A stretch of DNA of 64,000 nt, from NCBI GenBank assembly GCA_963702005.1, contig OY969696.1:1760001-1824000 (forward strand), written 5' to 3'. The stretch's first letter is position 1; each line of letters opens with the position of its first letter. The notes beneath the pieces are model-generated. The model did not search any database and was not told where the DNA came from. It was given only the letters and a program-made list of their open reading frames with translations. Of this stretch, positions 40,321 through 49,167 are shown one piece after another. The position numbers and the translations under genes were made by a program. Source of the DNA: Candidatus Aminicenantes bacterium (GTDB lineage Bacteria > Acidobacteriota > Aminicenantia > Aminicenantales > JAFGBC01).

Positions 40321-42102
40321 ATGAAACCAGCCAAGAGGGTTTCAACCGCTTCGAGCAAAGATGCTCCCGGTTCTTTTTTAGGAAAACTAAGAAAGCGGAA
40401 GATCATTGAAACCTTGGCCGCTTTTATCGGCGGCGGTTGGCTGACATACGAAATCGTCCATTGGATTCTGGTGGTTCACTTTCATCTTCCGGAAAAGCTT
40501 CTGGACATTACTCTCATCACGCTGTTGGGCGCTCTCCTTTGCACTCTGGTCTGGCGCTGGTTTGGGGGGAGAGACAAGCCGGCCAAATTCAAGCCGGAAG
40601 TGATCCTTGTTCCTCTGGCCATCTTGGTTACGGTCATTCTGGATTTGAATCTTGTCCTCCACCTTAAAAGCCCCGAATCAGAGACATTTCCCGCCAGCAA
40701 ATGGACCAAGTCGATCGCCGTCCTTCCTTTCATCGACATGAGCGAACAGAAAGATCAAGACTACTTCTGCGACGGCATGACAGAGGAACTCATCAACCGA
40801 CTGAGCCATATCGAGGAACTTAAAGTCCCGGCCAGAACCTCGGCCTTTATGTTCAAAGGAAAAGCCGAGGATATCCGCGATATCGGCCGCAAGCTCGATG
40901 TCCGGACGGCGCTTGAGGGAAGTATCAGAAAAGCGGGGAACCGGCTTCGAGTCACGGCTCAACTCGTTAATATTGCCGACGGCTATCATCTCTGGTCGGA
41001 GACTTACGACCGTGAACTGAAAGATGTGTTCGCTGTTCAGGATGAGATTTCTTTAGCGATCGTAAACGCCTTGAAGCTGAAACTTGACACTGATGAAGGC
41101 CGCAGAATGTCTGAACGGCCCATTGACAATGTTGCGGCCTATGAATGCTACCTGAAAGCAAACGCTGAAATGGGGCGGCAATCCGAGGACGGCTTAGATC
41201 GCGCCGTACAATATCTTCAGAAAGGCCTTGAGATCGCCGGTGACAATGCCCTTCTCTATTCAGAACTGGCACGGGCCTATCGTTACTATGTCGACTTAGG
41301 TTTCAGACAAGAGGAGTACATTAAAAGTGCCGAAGGATACGCTAATAAGGCATTAGCGCTGGATCCTGATTTCCCTGAAGCTCATGTTGTTATCGGGACT
41401 ATTCAAAGCTGGTTTCATGGAAATCAGCAAGAGGCAGTTCGTCAATTCAAGAGGGCATTGGCCTTGAACCCGAATGAACCGGGGGCGCTGCGGCAGCTTG
41501 CGCTTATTTATATATTGGTCGGACAAATCCCTGCCGCCCTTCCGTTGTTAGATAGATATAATAAAGTCGATCCGCTGCCGCTGAGCAGCCACTATTCGAT
41601 CCGAATCCATTTATACTTCTGGGATGGTCGCTATGGACTTGCCCTTGAGCCGTCCCGCCAGTGGTACCAATCGGAACCCCTAAGTCCAAGGGCTCAGGCT
41701 GCCTATGCATGGACGCTGGCCCTCAATAATAAGCTTGATGAGGCCTTTCAGATCATCGATCAAAATGCGAAGCTGGCTCCAAACAGTGTACTGACCAAGC
41801 TTGGTCTTTTGTTGAAGTATGGGTTGCTCAAAGAAAACGAGAAAGCATTCCAGGTAATGACTCCGGATTTCGTGAGGACGTGCAAAAGGGATCCATCTTG
41901 GTCACATATTGTTGTGCTCGCCCTAGCCCTGCTCGACGCTAAGAAGGAAGCCATAGACTGGCTTGAGAACTCTGTCAATCAAGGGTTTTTAAATTACCCG
42001 GCGCTGGAGCGGAATCCGTGTTTTGAAAACTTACGCGGCGAGGTGCGGTTCAAGAATCTAATGGAACGGGTCAAGAAAGAATGGGAGCATTTTAAGGTGT
42101 GA
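40321..42102 (+). CDS. membrane-anchored TolB-like/TPR protein, paralog 1
   Basis: 3 TM helices; SIAVLPF, FCDGMTEELI, EGSIRKAGNRLRV, GYHLWSE; TPRs. Confidence 0.88.
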   Translation: MKPAKRVSTASSKDAPGSFLGKLRKRKIIETLAAFIGGGWLTYEIVHWILVVHFHLPEKLLDITLITLLGALLCTLVWRWFGGRDKPAKFKPEVILVPLAILVTVILDLNLVLHLKSPESETFPASKWTKSIAVLPFIDMSEQKDQDYFCDGMTEELINRLSHIEELKVPARTSAFMFKGKAEDIRDIGRKLDVRTALEGSIRKAGNRLRVTAQLVNIADGYHLWSETYDRELKDVFAVQDEISLAIVNALKLKLDTDEGRRMSERPIDNVAAYECYLKANAEMGRQSEDGLDRAVQYLQKGLEIAGDNALLYSELARAYRYYVDLGFRQEEYIKSAEGYANKALALDPDFPEAHVVIGTIQSWFHGNQQEAVRQFKRALALNPNEPGALRQLALIYILVGQIPAALPLLDRYNKVDPLPLSSHYSIRIHLYFWDGRYGLALEPSRQWYQSEPLSPRAQAAYAWTLALNNKLDEAFQIIDQNAKLAPNSVLTKLGLLLKYGLLKENEKAFQVMTPDFVRTCKRDPSWSHIVVLALALLDAKKEAIDWLENSVNQGFLNYPALERNPCFENLRGEVRFKNLMERVKKEWEHFKV

Positions 42103-42109
42103 GGGCGGC

Positions 42110-43828
42110 ATGAACAGCGGTTTCAGGTCCTTCTTCTCAAATTTAAGGAAGAAGAGAATCATCGAAATCCTGGCCGCGTTCATCGCTGGCGGATGGCTCA
42201 TTATAGAGTTTGTCCACTTCATTTTGATAGGTCACTATCACTTTCCCGATAAAACTCTGGATGTAACGTTTATCACGCTTATCGGTGTCCTCCTGTGCAC
42301 GCTCATCTGGCGGTGGTTTTCAGGCCGCCGGAAGCCGAGAAAACTCAAGCTGGAGCTCATCCTTATCCCTCTGGTGCTCCTGATCATGGTTTTGTTGGAT
42401 ATCAATCTCCTTCTCCACTTGAAGGAACCCGAATCAGCGGCCATCCCCGCCCCCCAATGGAAGAACTCGATCGCCGTGCTTCCTTTCGTTGACACGAGCC
42501 CCCAGAAGGACCAGGACTGGTTCTGCGACGGCATCACCGATGAAATCATCACCCGGCTGAGCAATATCAGCGAGCTCAAGGTCGCGGCCAGGACCTCGGC
42601 CTTTTTCTTCAAAGGCAAAGAACAGGATATTCGAGAAATCGGGAAGAAGCTGGGCGTGACCACGGTGCTTGAGGGCAGTATTCAGAAGGTCGAATCGAGG
42701 CTTCGCGCCAGAGTGCAGCTGATCAACATTGCGGATGGCTTCCATCTCTGGTCGGAAGAATATGATCGTGAGCTGAAAGACATTTTTGCCATTCAGGATG
42801 ACATCGCCCAGAAGATCATGGACGTTCTTAAAATAAGGCTTCTGGGGGAAATGCGAACGCGACTGGTGAAACACTATACGGAAAACCGCGAGGTCTACAG
42901 CCTTTATCTAAAAGGGCGCTACTTTTGGAACAAAAGAGAAAAGGACGACAATTTAAGATCCATTGAATACTTCCAGGGCGCGATCGACAGAGATCCATCT
43001 TACGCGCTTGGCTATTCAGGCATGAGCTTGGCTTATGTTACGCTTGGATCCAATGATCATGTCCGTCCAAAAGAGGTTTTTCCAAAGGCAAAAGTGGCGG
43101 CCCTAAAAGCTTTGGCGATTGACCAAGAGTTGGATGAGGCTCATGTCGCCCTGGGTGGAGAATTGATGTGGTACGAGCGAGATTTTTCCAGAGCCGAGAA
43201 GGAATTCACAAGGGCCATTGATTTAAACCCTAACAATGGGGATGCTCATCACTGGTATGCATGGCTATTAATGAATATAGGCCGGAGTGAAGAAGCCATA
43301 AAGGAAGCGTTATTGGCTCGGGATCTGGATCCGTTTGCGCCTCGAATAAACGCTGATACGGCGTTCATGTTCTATTATACACGAGACTATCCCCGGGCGG
43401 TTGAAGAGCTTGAAAGGTCGATAGAGATGTTTCCTGAACATCTGGGTAATTATTTCAGGATAGCTCGGGTCTATTTAAAGATGGCCAAATATAAAGACGC
43501 CATCGAATCAATTATACGTTTTGCTGAGCAGCCAAATTTCGCTCCTACACTTGCTTATGCTTATGCTTTATCAGGAGAAAAAGATAAGGCCCAGGAGATT
43601 TTGAACAAAATATTAGAAAATCTCGGTCAACAATGGTATTCGCATGTCCAAATAGCCGAAGTTTATACGGCCCTGGGAGATAAAGAGCAGGCCTTTTCTT
43701 GGCTGGAAAGAGCTTTTGCTGAAAGCGATATGGCCTTACCCTATTTAAAGATAAAACCTGAGTTCGATCCCCTTCGCTCAGACCCGCGCTTCACCGAACT
43801 TCTTAGGAGAGCCGGCCTTGAAAAATAA
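42110..43828 (+). CDS. membrane-anchored TolB-like/TPR protein, paralog 2
   Basis: Same N-terminal architecture; YLKGRYFWNKR; ends FDPLRSDPRFTELLRR. Confidence 0.88.
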   Translation: MNSGFRSFFSNLRKKRIIEILAAFIAGGWLIIEFVHFILIGHYHFPDKTLDVTFITLIGVLLCTLIWRWFSGRRKPRKLKLELILIPLVLLIMVLLDINLLLHLKEPESAAIPAPQWKNSIAVLPFVDTSPQKDQDWFCDGITDEIITRLSNISELKVAARTSAFFFKGKEQDIREIGKKLGVTTVLEGSIQKVESRLRARVQLINIADGFHLWSEEYDRELKDIFAIQDDIAQKIMDVLKIRLLGEMRTRLVKHYTENREVYSLYLKGRYFWNKREKDDNLRSIEYFQGAIDRDPSYALGYSGMSLAYVTLGSNDHVRPKEVFPKAKVAALKALAIDQELDEAHVALGGELMWYERDFSRAEKEFTRAIDLNPNNGDAHHWYAWLLMNIGRSEEAIKEALLARDLDPFAPRINADTAFMFYYTRDYPRAVEELERSIEMFPEHLGNYFRIARVYLKMAKYKDAIESIIRFAEQPNFAPTLAYAYALSGEKDKAQEILNKILENLGQQWYSHVQIAEVYTALGDKEQAFSWLERAFAESDMALPYLKIKPEFDPLRSDPRFTELLRRAGLEK

Positions 43829-43831
43829 CCC

Positions 43832-43850
43832 GTGGTTCTCGGCCATCAGA
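43832..43850 (+). repeat. tRNA-Glu anticodon-arm fragment (third att-like copy)
   Basis: GTGGTTCTCgGCCATCAGA (18/19 match to the tRNA), followed by TGTTACGCATTTGTGAC. Confidence 0.75.
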
Positions 43851-43866
43851 TTTTGTTACGCATTTG

Positions 43867-43977
43867 TGACCCGTTCGCCGACGCCAAGCCCCGCCTTTCA
43901 AGGCGGGGATGAGAGCGAGGCTCAGGGTTAATCATAAACAAGCCCCGGCCTTCAGGCCGGGGAGTCGATGATTTGAC
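43867..43977. mobile_element. non-autonomous IS200/IS605-type palindromic mini-element, copy 1
   Basis: Hairpins CCCCGCCTTTCAAGGCGGGG and CCCCGGCCTTCAGGCCGGGG; bounded by TGAC; near-identical to 63261-63402. Confidence 0.8.
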
Positions 43978-44055
43978 ACGGGGATGGGTTTATGCAAAAA
44001 ATATCGAAAGCCATATATATTGATTAATGAAAATAAAAAGTGAGATAAAAAGGGC

Positions 44056-44796
44056 ATGAGAAATGAAAACCAACCCGATCCTGCTATTTTAAAGAAAAAA
44101 CTGGATATCAAGCTTCCGCTCATCGGATTTTATGATGCGCCCGATCCGGCCATATTCGAACCCCTCGTCACGCCCAAGAAAAACGACTGCGTCTTCTCAT
44201 TCTACAAGAACTGGCTTCAAGGCGAGACTCTCTCCAGCACCAGGGAGAGTTACGGCTGCGGCGGCGCCGGCAGTTGCTTATGGGGAATCCAGGCCAGGTC
44301 GAGAAAGGAGTTCATCAAGTTCCTTGCCGATGATGAAGGTCTCAAGGTCTCGGGCGAGCTTATGGAGAGATTCATCGATTCGACAACGTCCTACCGAGCC
44401 GAGAACGCCCACATTTTCATCGGGCCGCTCAAGGAGGAAGGCTGGCCATACGTCAAGACAATCACTTTTCTTGTCAACCCTGATCAGCTAAGCGCTTTGA
44501 TGATCGGCGCGCAGTATCACAGCGCCCCCGAGGACCCGCCTCCAGTATTAGCGCCCTTTGGCTCAGGCTGTCGCGAGCTCATCCCTTTCAAGGACTTCAA
44601 TGGGCCTCAGGCTTCGATCGGCGCGACTGACATCGCCATGCGTCAACACTTACCACCTGACATCCTCGCATTTACCGTCACCAAGCCGATGCTCAGCCGG
44701 CTCTGTAAACTCGACGAAAGAAGCTTCCTCTACAAGCCTTTTCTGCTACGTCTCCAGAAAGCTCGCGGCGCCACGCTCTTTCGCGATCCAACGTAA
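44056..44796 (+). CDS. DUF169-domain protein
   Basis: YGCGGAG, FLVNPDQLSAL, APFGSGC, IGATDIAMR. Confidence 0.8.
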   Translation: MRNENQPDPAILKKKLDIKLPLIGFYDAPDPAIFEPLVTPKKNDCVFSFYKNWLQGETLSSTRESYGCGGAGSCLWGIQARSRKEFIKFLADDEGLKVSGELMERFIDSTTSYRAENAHIFIGPLKEEGWPYVKTITFLVNPDQLSALMIGAQYHSAPEDPPPVLAPFGSGCRELIPFKDFNGPQASIGATDIAMRQHLPPDILAFTVTKPMLSRLCKLDERSFLYKPFLLRLQKARGATLFRDPT

Positions 44797-45012
44797 GGCT
44801 CGCCTCCCGCTGTTTTTAGCTCGAGTTGACTTCCTCTGTTCTTATAATCTATTATCCATGACGATGAGACGTAGCAAAATCAGCGCCTAAATTATCACTT
44901 AGCCAGCGCAGAGGAAAAGGAATTTTCTCTAAATCGGATCAGTAAGAACCAGGCGATTCAGCGCCGGTTTCCCCTCAAGGAGGGGGGAGGGCGCGGTCCG
45001 AAAGGAGGGACC

Positions 45013-45798
45013 ATGAACGGGAAAGCTTCTTTTGGTTGGGCATTGGGGTGCGGTATCTTGATGCTCTCGGCCCTGGCGGCCGGCGCGACCACCACGGCCA
45101 AGCCGGACCTGACCATCTCCTCCATATCGGCAGAGCAGCTGGAGACCACGCTCGTGCCGCTCCGCTTCAAGGTCACCGTGGAGGTCAAAAACCAGGGTCA
45201 AGCCTACGCCCAGCATTTCAACTGCCGCCTGTTCTACCGTCTCTCCAGCTCCGCTCCCTGGCAGGAACTCGACACCTGGCACCGGGACGGGCTGAACCTC
45301 AGCCAGACCTTCAGCCACGTGACCCAGAGGGACGTCACGGCGGGCGGCACCTATTACTTTAAGGCCGAGGCGGACTGCGACCAGGAGCTGAGCGAGAGCT
45401 CCGAAGGCAATAACATCCGATACTATTCCAAGAGCTTCACGGCCGGCACGCCGGACCTGACCGTGGAGAACCTGACCGCCTCGACGGTCAACGTTTATTC
45501 CAGCGGAAGCTGGGCCGTCAAATCCGAATGGGATGTGAAGAATATCGGCGACGGCAAGGCCTCCAGTTCCTTCGTCGTCCTCCTTCGGGTGTATAAAGAT
45601 AGCGACTCGGCGGGGGCCGACCTACAAAGCTACACTCGCTACAGCCTGGACAAAGGTGCAAGTATCCATTTTTCAAGGACGACGACGTTCTCCAACATCA
45701 ACGCGGTGCATTTTAAGGTGATCGCCGATTCAACCGGCAAGATCTATGAAAAATCGGAGAGCAATAACAGCGCGACCTCTAACACGCTTACAAAGTAG
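45013..45798 (+). CDS. secreted two-CARDB-domain protein
   Basis: Signal peptide; PDLT...VKN.G...ES.E.NN twice. Confidence 0.85.
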   Translation: MNGKASFGWALGCGILMLSALAAGATTTAKPDLTISSISAEQLETTLVPLRFKVTVEVKNQGQAYAQHFNCRLFYRLSSSAPWQELDTWHRDGLNLSQTFSHVTQRDVTAGGTYYFKAEADCDQELSESSEGNNIRYYSKSFTAGTPDLTVENLTASTVNVYSSGSWAVKSEWDVKNIGDGKASSSFVVLLRVYKDSDSAGADLQSYTRYSLDKGASIHFSRTTTFSNINAVHFKVIADSTGKIYEKSESNNSATSNTLTK

Positions 45799-46025
45799 AA
45801 GGGCGGGCGTCTGACCTCCCGTCGGGGGTCGTTCCGATTATTGCGAGACAGGACACTAGAAAGATTCTAGATGGTGCCCCGGCCGATCCTCCTAAAATGC
45901 GATGGCTTTTTGGCGAAAACCCTGATATACATACCCTCGGTAATTATCCGCCGGCAGGGAAGAGAAAGCTCTGCATAATCTTTGAGTTGCCGGAGAAAGA
46001 CGACTGAATCGGAGAGGAGGAAGAA

Positions 46026-46463
46026 ATGGGATTAAAGCGGAAGCAGATGCTAATGCGGCAAAAGGTATATTTCGAACAAGAACTGCAAAATCGGCTGTCT
46101 TTCCTATCCGGGAAGGGGATCGTGTCTCCCAAGGCCGATAAAGATACTCTCGTTAGAAAACTGCAGGCCAATATCCGGGCCATGAATAGAAGGCTGAGGC
46201 TGATTGCCGACAACGAAAAGAGAACGGAAGAAATAGCGAAGATTAAGGCGGAAAGGGCGGCAGCCCCCCTGAAAAAACAGGAAGGCGATAAAGCCGAGAA
46301 GCCTAAGAAAGCCCCCGAAGAGGGCAAGGAAAAAAGGATAAAGGCGGAAAAGAAAGCAGTCCCTCCGAAAGTGCAGGAAGGCGGCAAAGACCAGAAGACG
46401 ACGGAATCCCCCGAAGCAGGCAAGGCGACAACGAAAAAGAAAAGAGAAGAAACGAAGTCATAG
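46026..46463 (+). CDS. Lys-rich hypothetical protein
   Basis: GAGGAG RBS; helical N-terminus and low-complexity K/E tail. Confidence 0.6.
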   Translation: MGLKRKQMLMRQKVYFEQELQNRLSFLSGKGIVSPKADKDTLVRKLQANIRAMNRRLRLIADNEKRTEEIAKIKAERAAAPLKKQEGDKAEKPKKAPEEGKEKRIKAEKKAVPPKVQEGGKDQKTTESPEAGKATTKKKREETKS

Positions 46464-46967
46464 CTCTCCCTTTTTATCCCCCCGCTGTGTAGATTAAACT
46501 TTGGGCTTCCTTGAGCAGCTTGCTTTGCGGTTCTACGGTGTTATGCTTGATGTGGGTTATAAATTTATATATTAAGCGCCGCCATGCCTAATATTGCTGA
46601 TGCTTGACAATATCAAAAACACTCATAAATAATATAAATATTGAAAGGGTGGTTAAGATAGTTAAGTCTAGGTTTTTCTTGACGCTTTTTTGGACTTTTT
46701 CAATTGGCCTGTTCGTCACGGTCGCTTTCAACATTTCATTGGGCTCTCAGATTAAAAGAACCTCACTGGCAGGCGTTGTTCGTTTCCCGAATGAGGAGTA
46801 TAGCGCGTGGCTAAAAGTACAGATGAATTCTTCTGCTACGAATGCCGACAAAGTCGCTTGTACGATTAATACTTTTTTCAACATAAAATACAAGAGTTGG
46901 GTGAGGTTGGAATTGCTGGATTTTGGATTTCTTTCGCGAACGCACTAAAAAGGGTTTTCATTTTCGC

Positions 46968-47006
46968 TTGACATTCAATTAAGATTCCTTACAATATAGG
47001 TAAGGA
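46968..47006 (+). promoter_or_regulatory. toxin-antitoxin promoter with operator palindrome
   Basis: TTGACA (46968), TACAAT (46990); TCCTTAC-N7-GTAAGGA overlaps the -10 box. Confidence 0.7.
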
Positions 47007-47024
47007 GTCGAATTGTTACATAAC

Positions 47025-47252
47025 ATGGATACCGCAAAGATCACATCTAAGGGCCAGATTACGATTCCCAAGAAAATCAGGGACAGGCTCGGCGTTGCCG
47101 AAGGGGAGAGGGTTTATTTTGTGGAAAAAGGCGGCCAGATGATCATAAAAAAAGCGGTGCCGAAGTCTCCCTTCGATCAATGGGTCGGGTATCTCAAGGC
47201 CAAAAAGGGACAGAAATCCGATGCGATCGTCGATGCGCTGAGGGGGAAATGA
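47025..47252 (+). CDS. AbrB/MazE-family antitoxin
   Basis: AKITSKGQITIPKKIRDRLG. Confidence 0.9.
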   Translation: MDTAKITSKGQITIPKKIRDRLGVAEGERVYFVEKGGQMIIKKAVPKSPFDQWVGYLKAKKGQKSDAIVDALRGK

Positions 47253-47716
47253 TCGCGGCCGTCGATACCAATGTCCTGCTCGATATTCTCATCCCGGACG
47301 AGGAGCATGGGCCCGAATCGAAAGCCGTGCTAAACCGCTACAACGAGCAAGGCAGGCTCGTAATCTGCGAATCGGTTTTCGCCGAGTTGTCTTCTCAGTT
47401 TCCCAGTGAAGACGAGCTGCTTAGATTTCTCTCTCAGACGGGGATCAAGTTTATCCGGTCCGAGGAGAGGGCTTTGACTCGGGCCGGGAAGGCCTGGAAA
47501 GAATATTCAGCGCGGCGTCCGGATTCGCTGCTTTGCTCCTCATGCGGCAATCCGATTGTTGCTTCCTGCACTCGGTGCCGAACCCGTTTTAAACCGAGAC
47601 AACATATCATAAGCGATTTTCTTATCGGCGCTCATGCGCTCGTCCATGCGGAGATTCTCCTGACCCGAGATCGAGGATTCTATCGTACCTATTTCAAGGA
47701 CCTTAAAATCGGCTGA
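47249..47716 (+). CDS. vapC: PIN-domain (VapC-like) toxin with a CxxC-CxxC insert
   Basis: ATGA overlap; VDTNVLLD, DFLIGAHA, LLTRD. Confidence 0.88.
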   Translation: MIAAVDTNVLLDILIPDEEHGPESKAVLNRYNEQGRLVICESVFAELSSQFPSEDELLRFLSQTGIKFIRSEERALTRAGKAWKEYSARRPDSLLCSSCGNPIVASCTRCRTRFKPRQHIISDFLIGAHALVHAEILLTRDRGFYRTYFKDLKIG

Positions 47717-47829
47717 AGGTCGAAATGATCGCGCCGATGCCGATCCCGTTCCTTGATTCGTAATCCCGGCCGTGGTATAAAGTCTCCAGCGGAAGCTAAG
47801 GTTATCTCTCGACCTAAGGAGGATCGGCC

Positions 47830-48849
47830 ATGTTTAAAAACGGCATGGCCGACATGAGGACTGCCATTACCCTCAAGCCGCTCCGGATAGGCCCGGTTGA
47901 GGTCGAATTCCCGGTCATGCTGGCCAGCCTGGCCGGCTACAGCGATCTGCCCTACCGTTTGATTTGCCGTTCGACGGGGGCGCCTTTCTGTACGACCGAG
48001 GCCATGCTGGACAGGCAGGCCATTATCGAGGCCAGGCTCCGCCGAGGGATCATCAAGCGGGATCCGGCCGACCGCCCCTTAGCGGGGCAGATCATGGGGA
48101 GCGATCCCAAGGTCATGGCCGAGGCCGCCGTTGCGCTTCGGGACATGGATTTCGACGTCATCGACCTCAACTTCGCCTGCCCGGTCAAGAAGGTCCTGAG
48201 CCGGAAGCGGGGAGGGTATCTGATGGGGGAGCCGTATCTCGCCGTCGAAATCGTCGAGGCCGTCCTGGCCGCCGTTCCGGACCGTCCGGTCACGGTCAAG
48301 TTAAGGCGGTCGTTCAAGGAGACGGATAAGGACAATCAGGCCTTTTGGACGATCGCCCGGGCCGCCTTCGAAGCCGGAGCGGCCGGCATCTGCGTCCATG
48401 CCCGGAGCGTCGATCAGAAATACCAGGGGCGGGCGGATTGGGCTTTCTTGTCCGAGGTCAAGCGCGAGTTCTCGGACAGGACGGTCATCGGGTCTGGGGA
48501 TATCCTGGTCGCGGAGGACGCGCTGCGGATGCTCGAGGAAACGGGCGTCGATGGGGTTACGGCCGCGCGGGGCGCGATCGGAAATCCCTGGATCTTCCGC
48601 CAGGTCCGCGATCTGGCCGCCGGCCGAGCCCCTTTTCATCCCTCGCTCGTCGAACAGCGGGAGCTCATCGAACGCCACTTCCGGCTGGCTTCGGAAACGT
48701 TCGGTCCGGATCGGGCCCTCAGGATCATGCGCTACTTCGGGATCCGCTATTCGCGGATGCACACCCATCCGGCTAAAGTCCGGAACGCCTTCGTCGTCGT
48801 CAAATCCGCGCGGGATTGGCAATCCGTCGTTGATACGTTCTATAGTTGA
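47830..48849 (+). CDS. dusB: tRNA-dihydrouridine synthase (DusB-like)
   Basis: IDLNFACP, PVTVKLR, VHAR, ARGAIGNPWIF. Confidence 0.9.
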   Translation: MFKNGMADMRTAITLKPLRIGPVEVEFPVMLASLAGYSDLPYRLICRSTGAPFCTTEAMLDRQAIIEARLRRGIIKRDPADRPLAGQIMGSDPKVMAEAAVALRDMDFDVIDLNFACPVKKVLSRKRGGYLMGEPYLAVEIVEAVLAAVPDRPVTVKLRRSFKETDKDNQAFWTIARAAFEAGAAGICVHARSVDQKYQGRADWAFLSEVKREFSDRTVIGSGDILVAEDALRMLEETGVDGVTAARGAIGNPWIFRQVRDLAAGRAPFHPSLVEQRELIERHFRLASETFGPDRALRIMRYFGIRYSRMHTHPAKVRNAFVVVKSARDWQSVVDTFYS

Positions 48850-49005
48850 GCGGGCACCTTAATATCGAGGACGGCTCGGCACCAGGCCGTGAAGAGAGTC
48901 GTATGAGAGCCCGAGCGTATAAAGATGTTTATGGGGGAACAGGCGAAGTTGATGGGGTGGAGAAGGCCGTCGAAGGGTCGAGCGGGCGTCGAAATCAAAC
49001 CGGGT

Positions 49006-49161
49006 AAGGGCTCGGGATAGTCGATGAAGAAGGCCGTATGAGAGGCGGAGCGGGCAGGGTCCGCAGAGCGAAGCGACCGCGGGAGCGGAGCCTCGAATCG
49101 AGTGAAGCTTTCCTCGCTGGGGAAAGCGAACGCGCCTTCGAATCGACTATCCCGAGCCCTT
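49006..49161. repeat. 156-bp element with 20-bp perfect terminal inverted repeats
   Basis: AAGGGCTCGGGATAGTCGAT ... ATCGACTATCCCGAGCCCTT between convergent genes. Confidence 0.7.
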
Positions 49162-49167
49162 GCTCCT

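Larger units (their letters stand above)
29925..44000. mobile_element. tRNA-Glu-anchored accessory island of nested integrative-element remnants; no integrase; AT-rich tract extends to ~47.8 kb
   Basis: Duplicated tRNA 3' end, further tRNA fragments, recurring att-like motifs, visibly lower GC than the flanks. Confidence 0.7.

Noticed and set aside
46604-46948. 114-aa AT-rich ORF
   Set aside because: TTG start, no clear RBS or recognisable motif; may be a fragment but cannot be supported.
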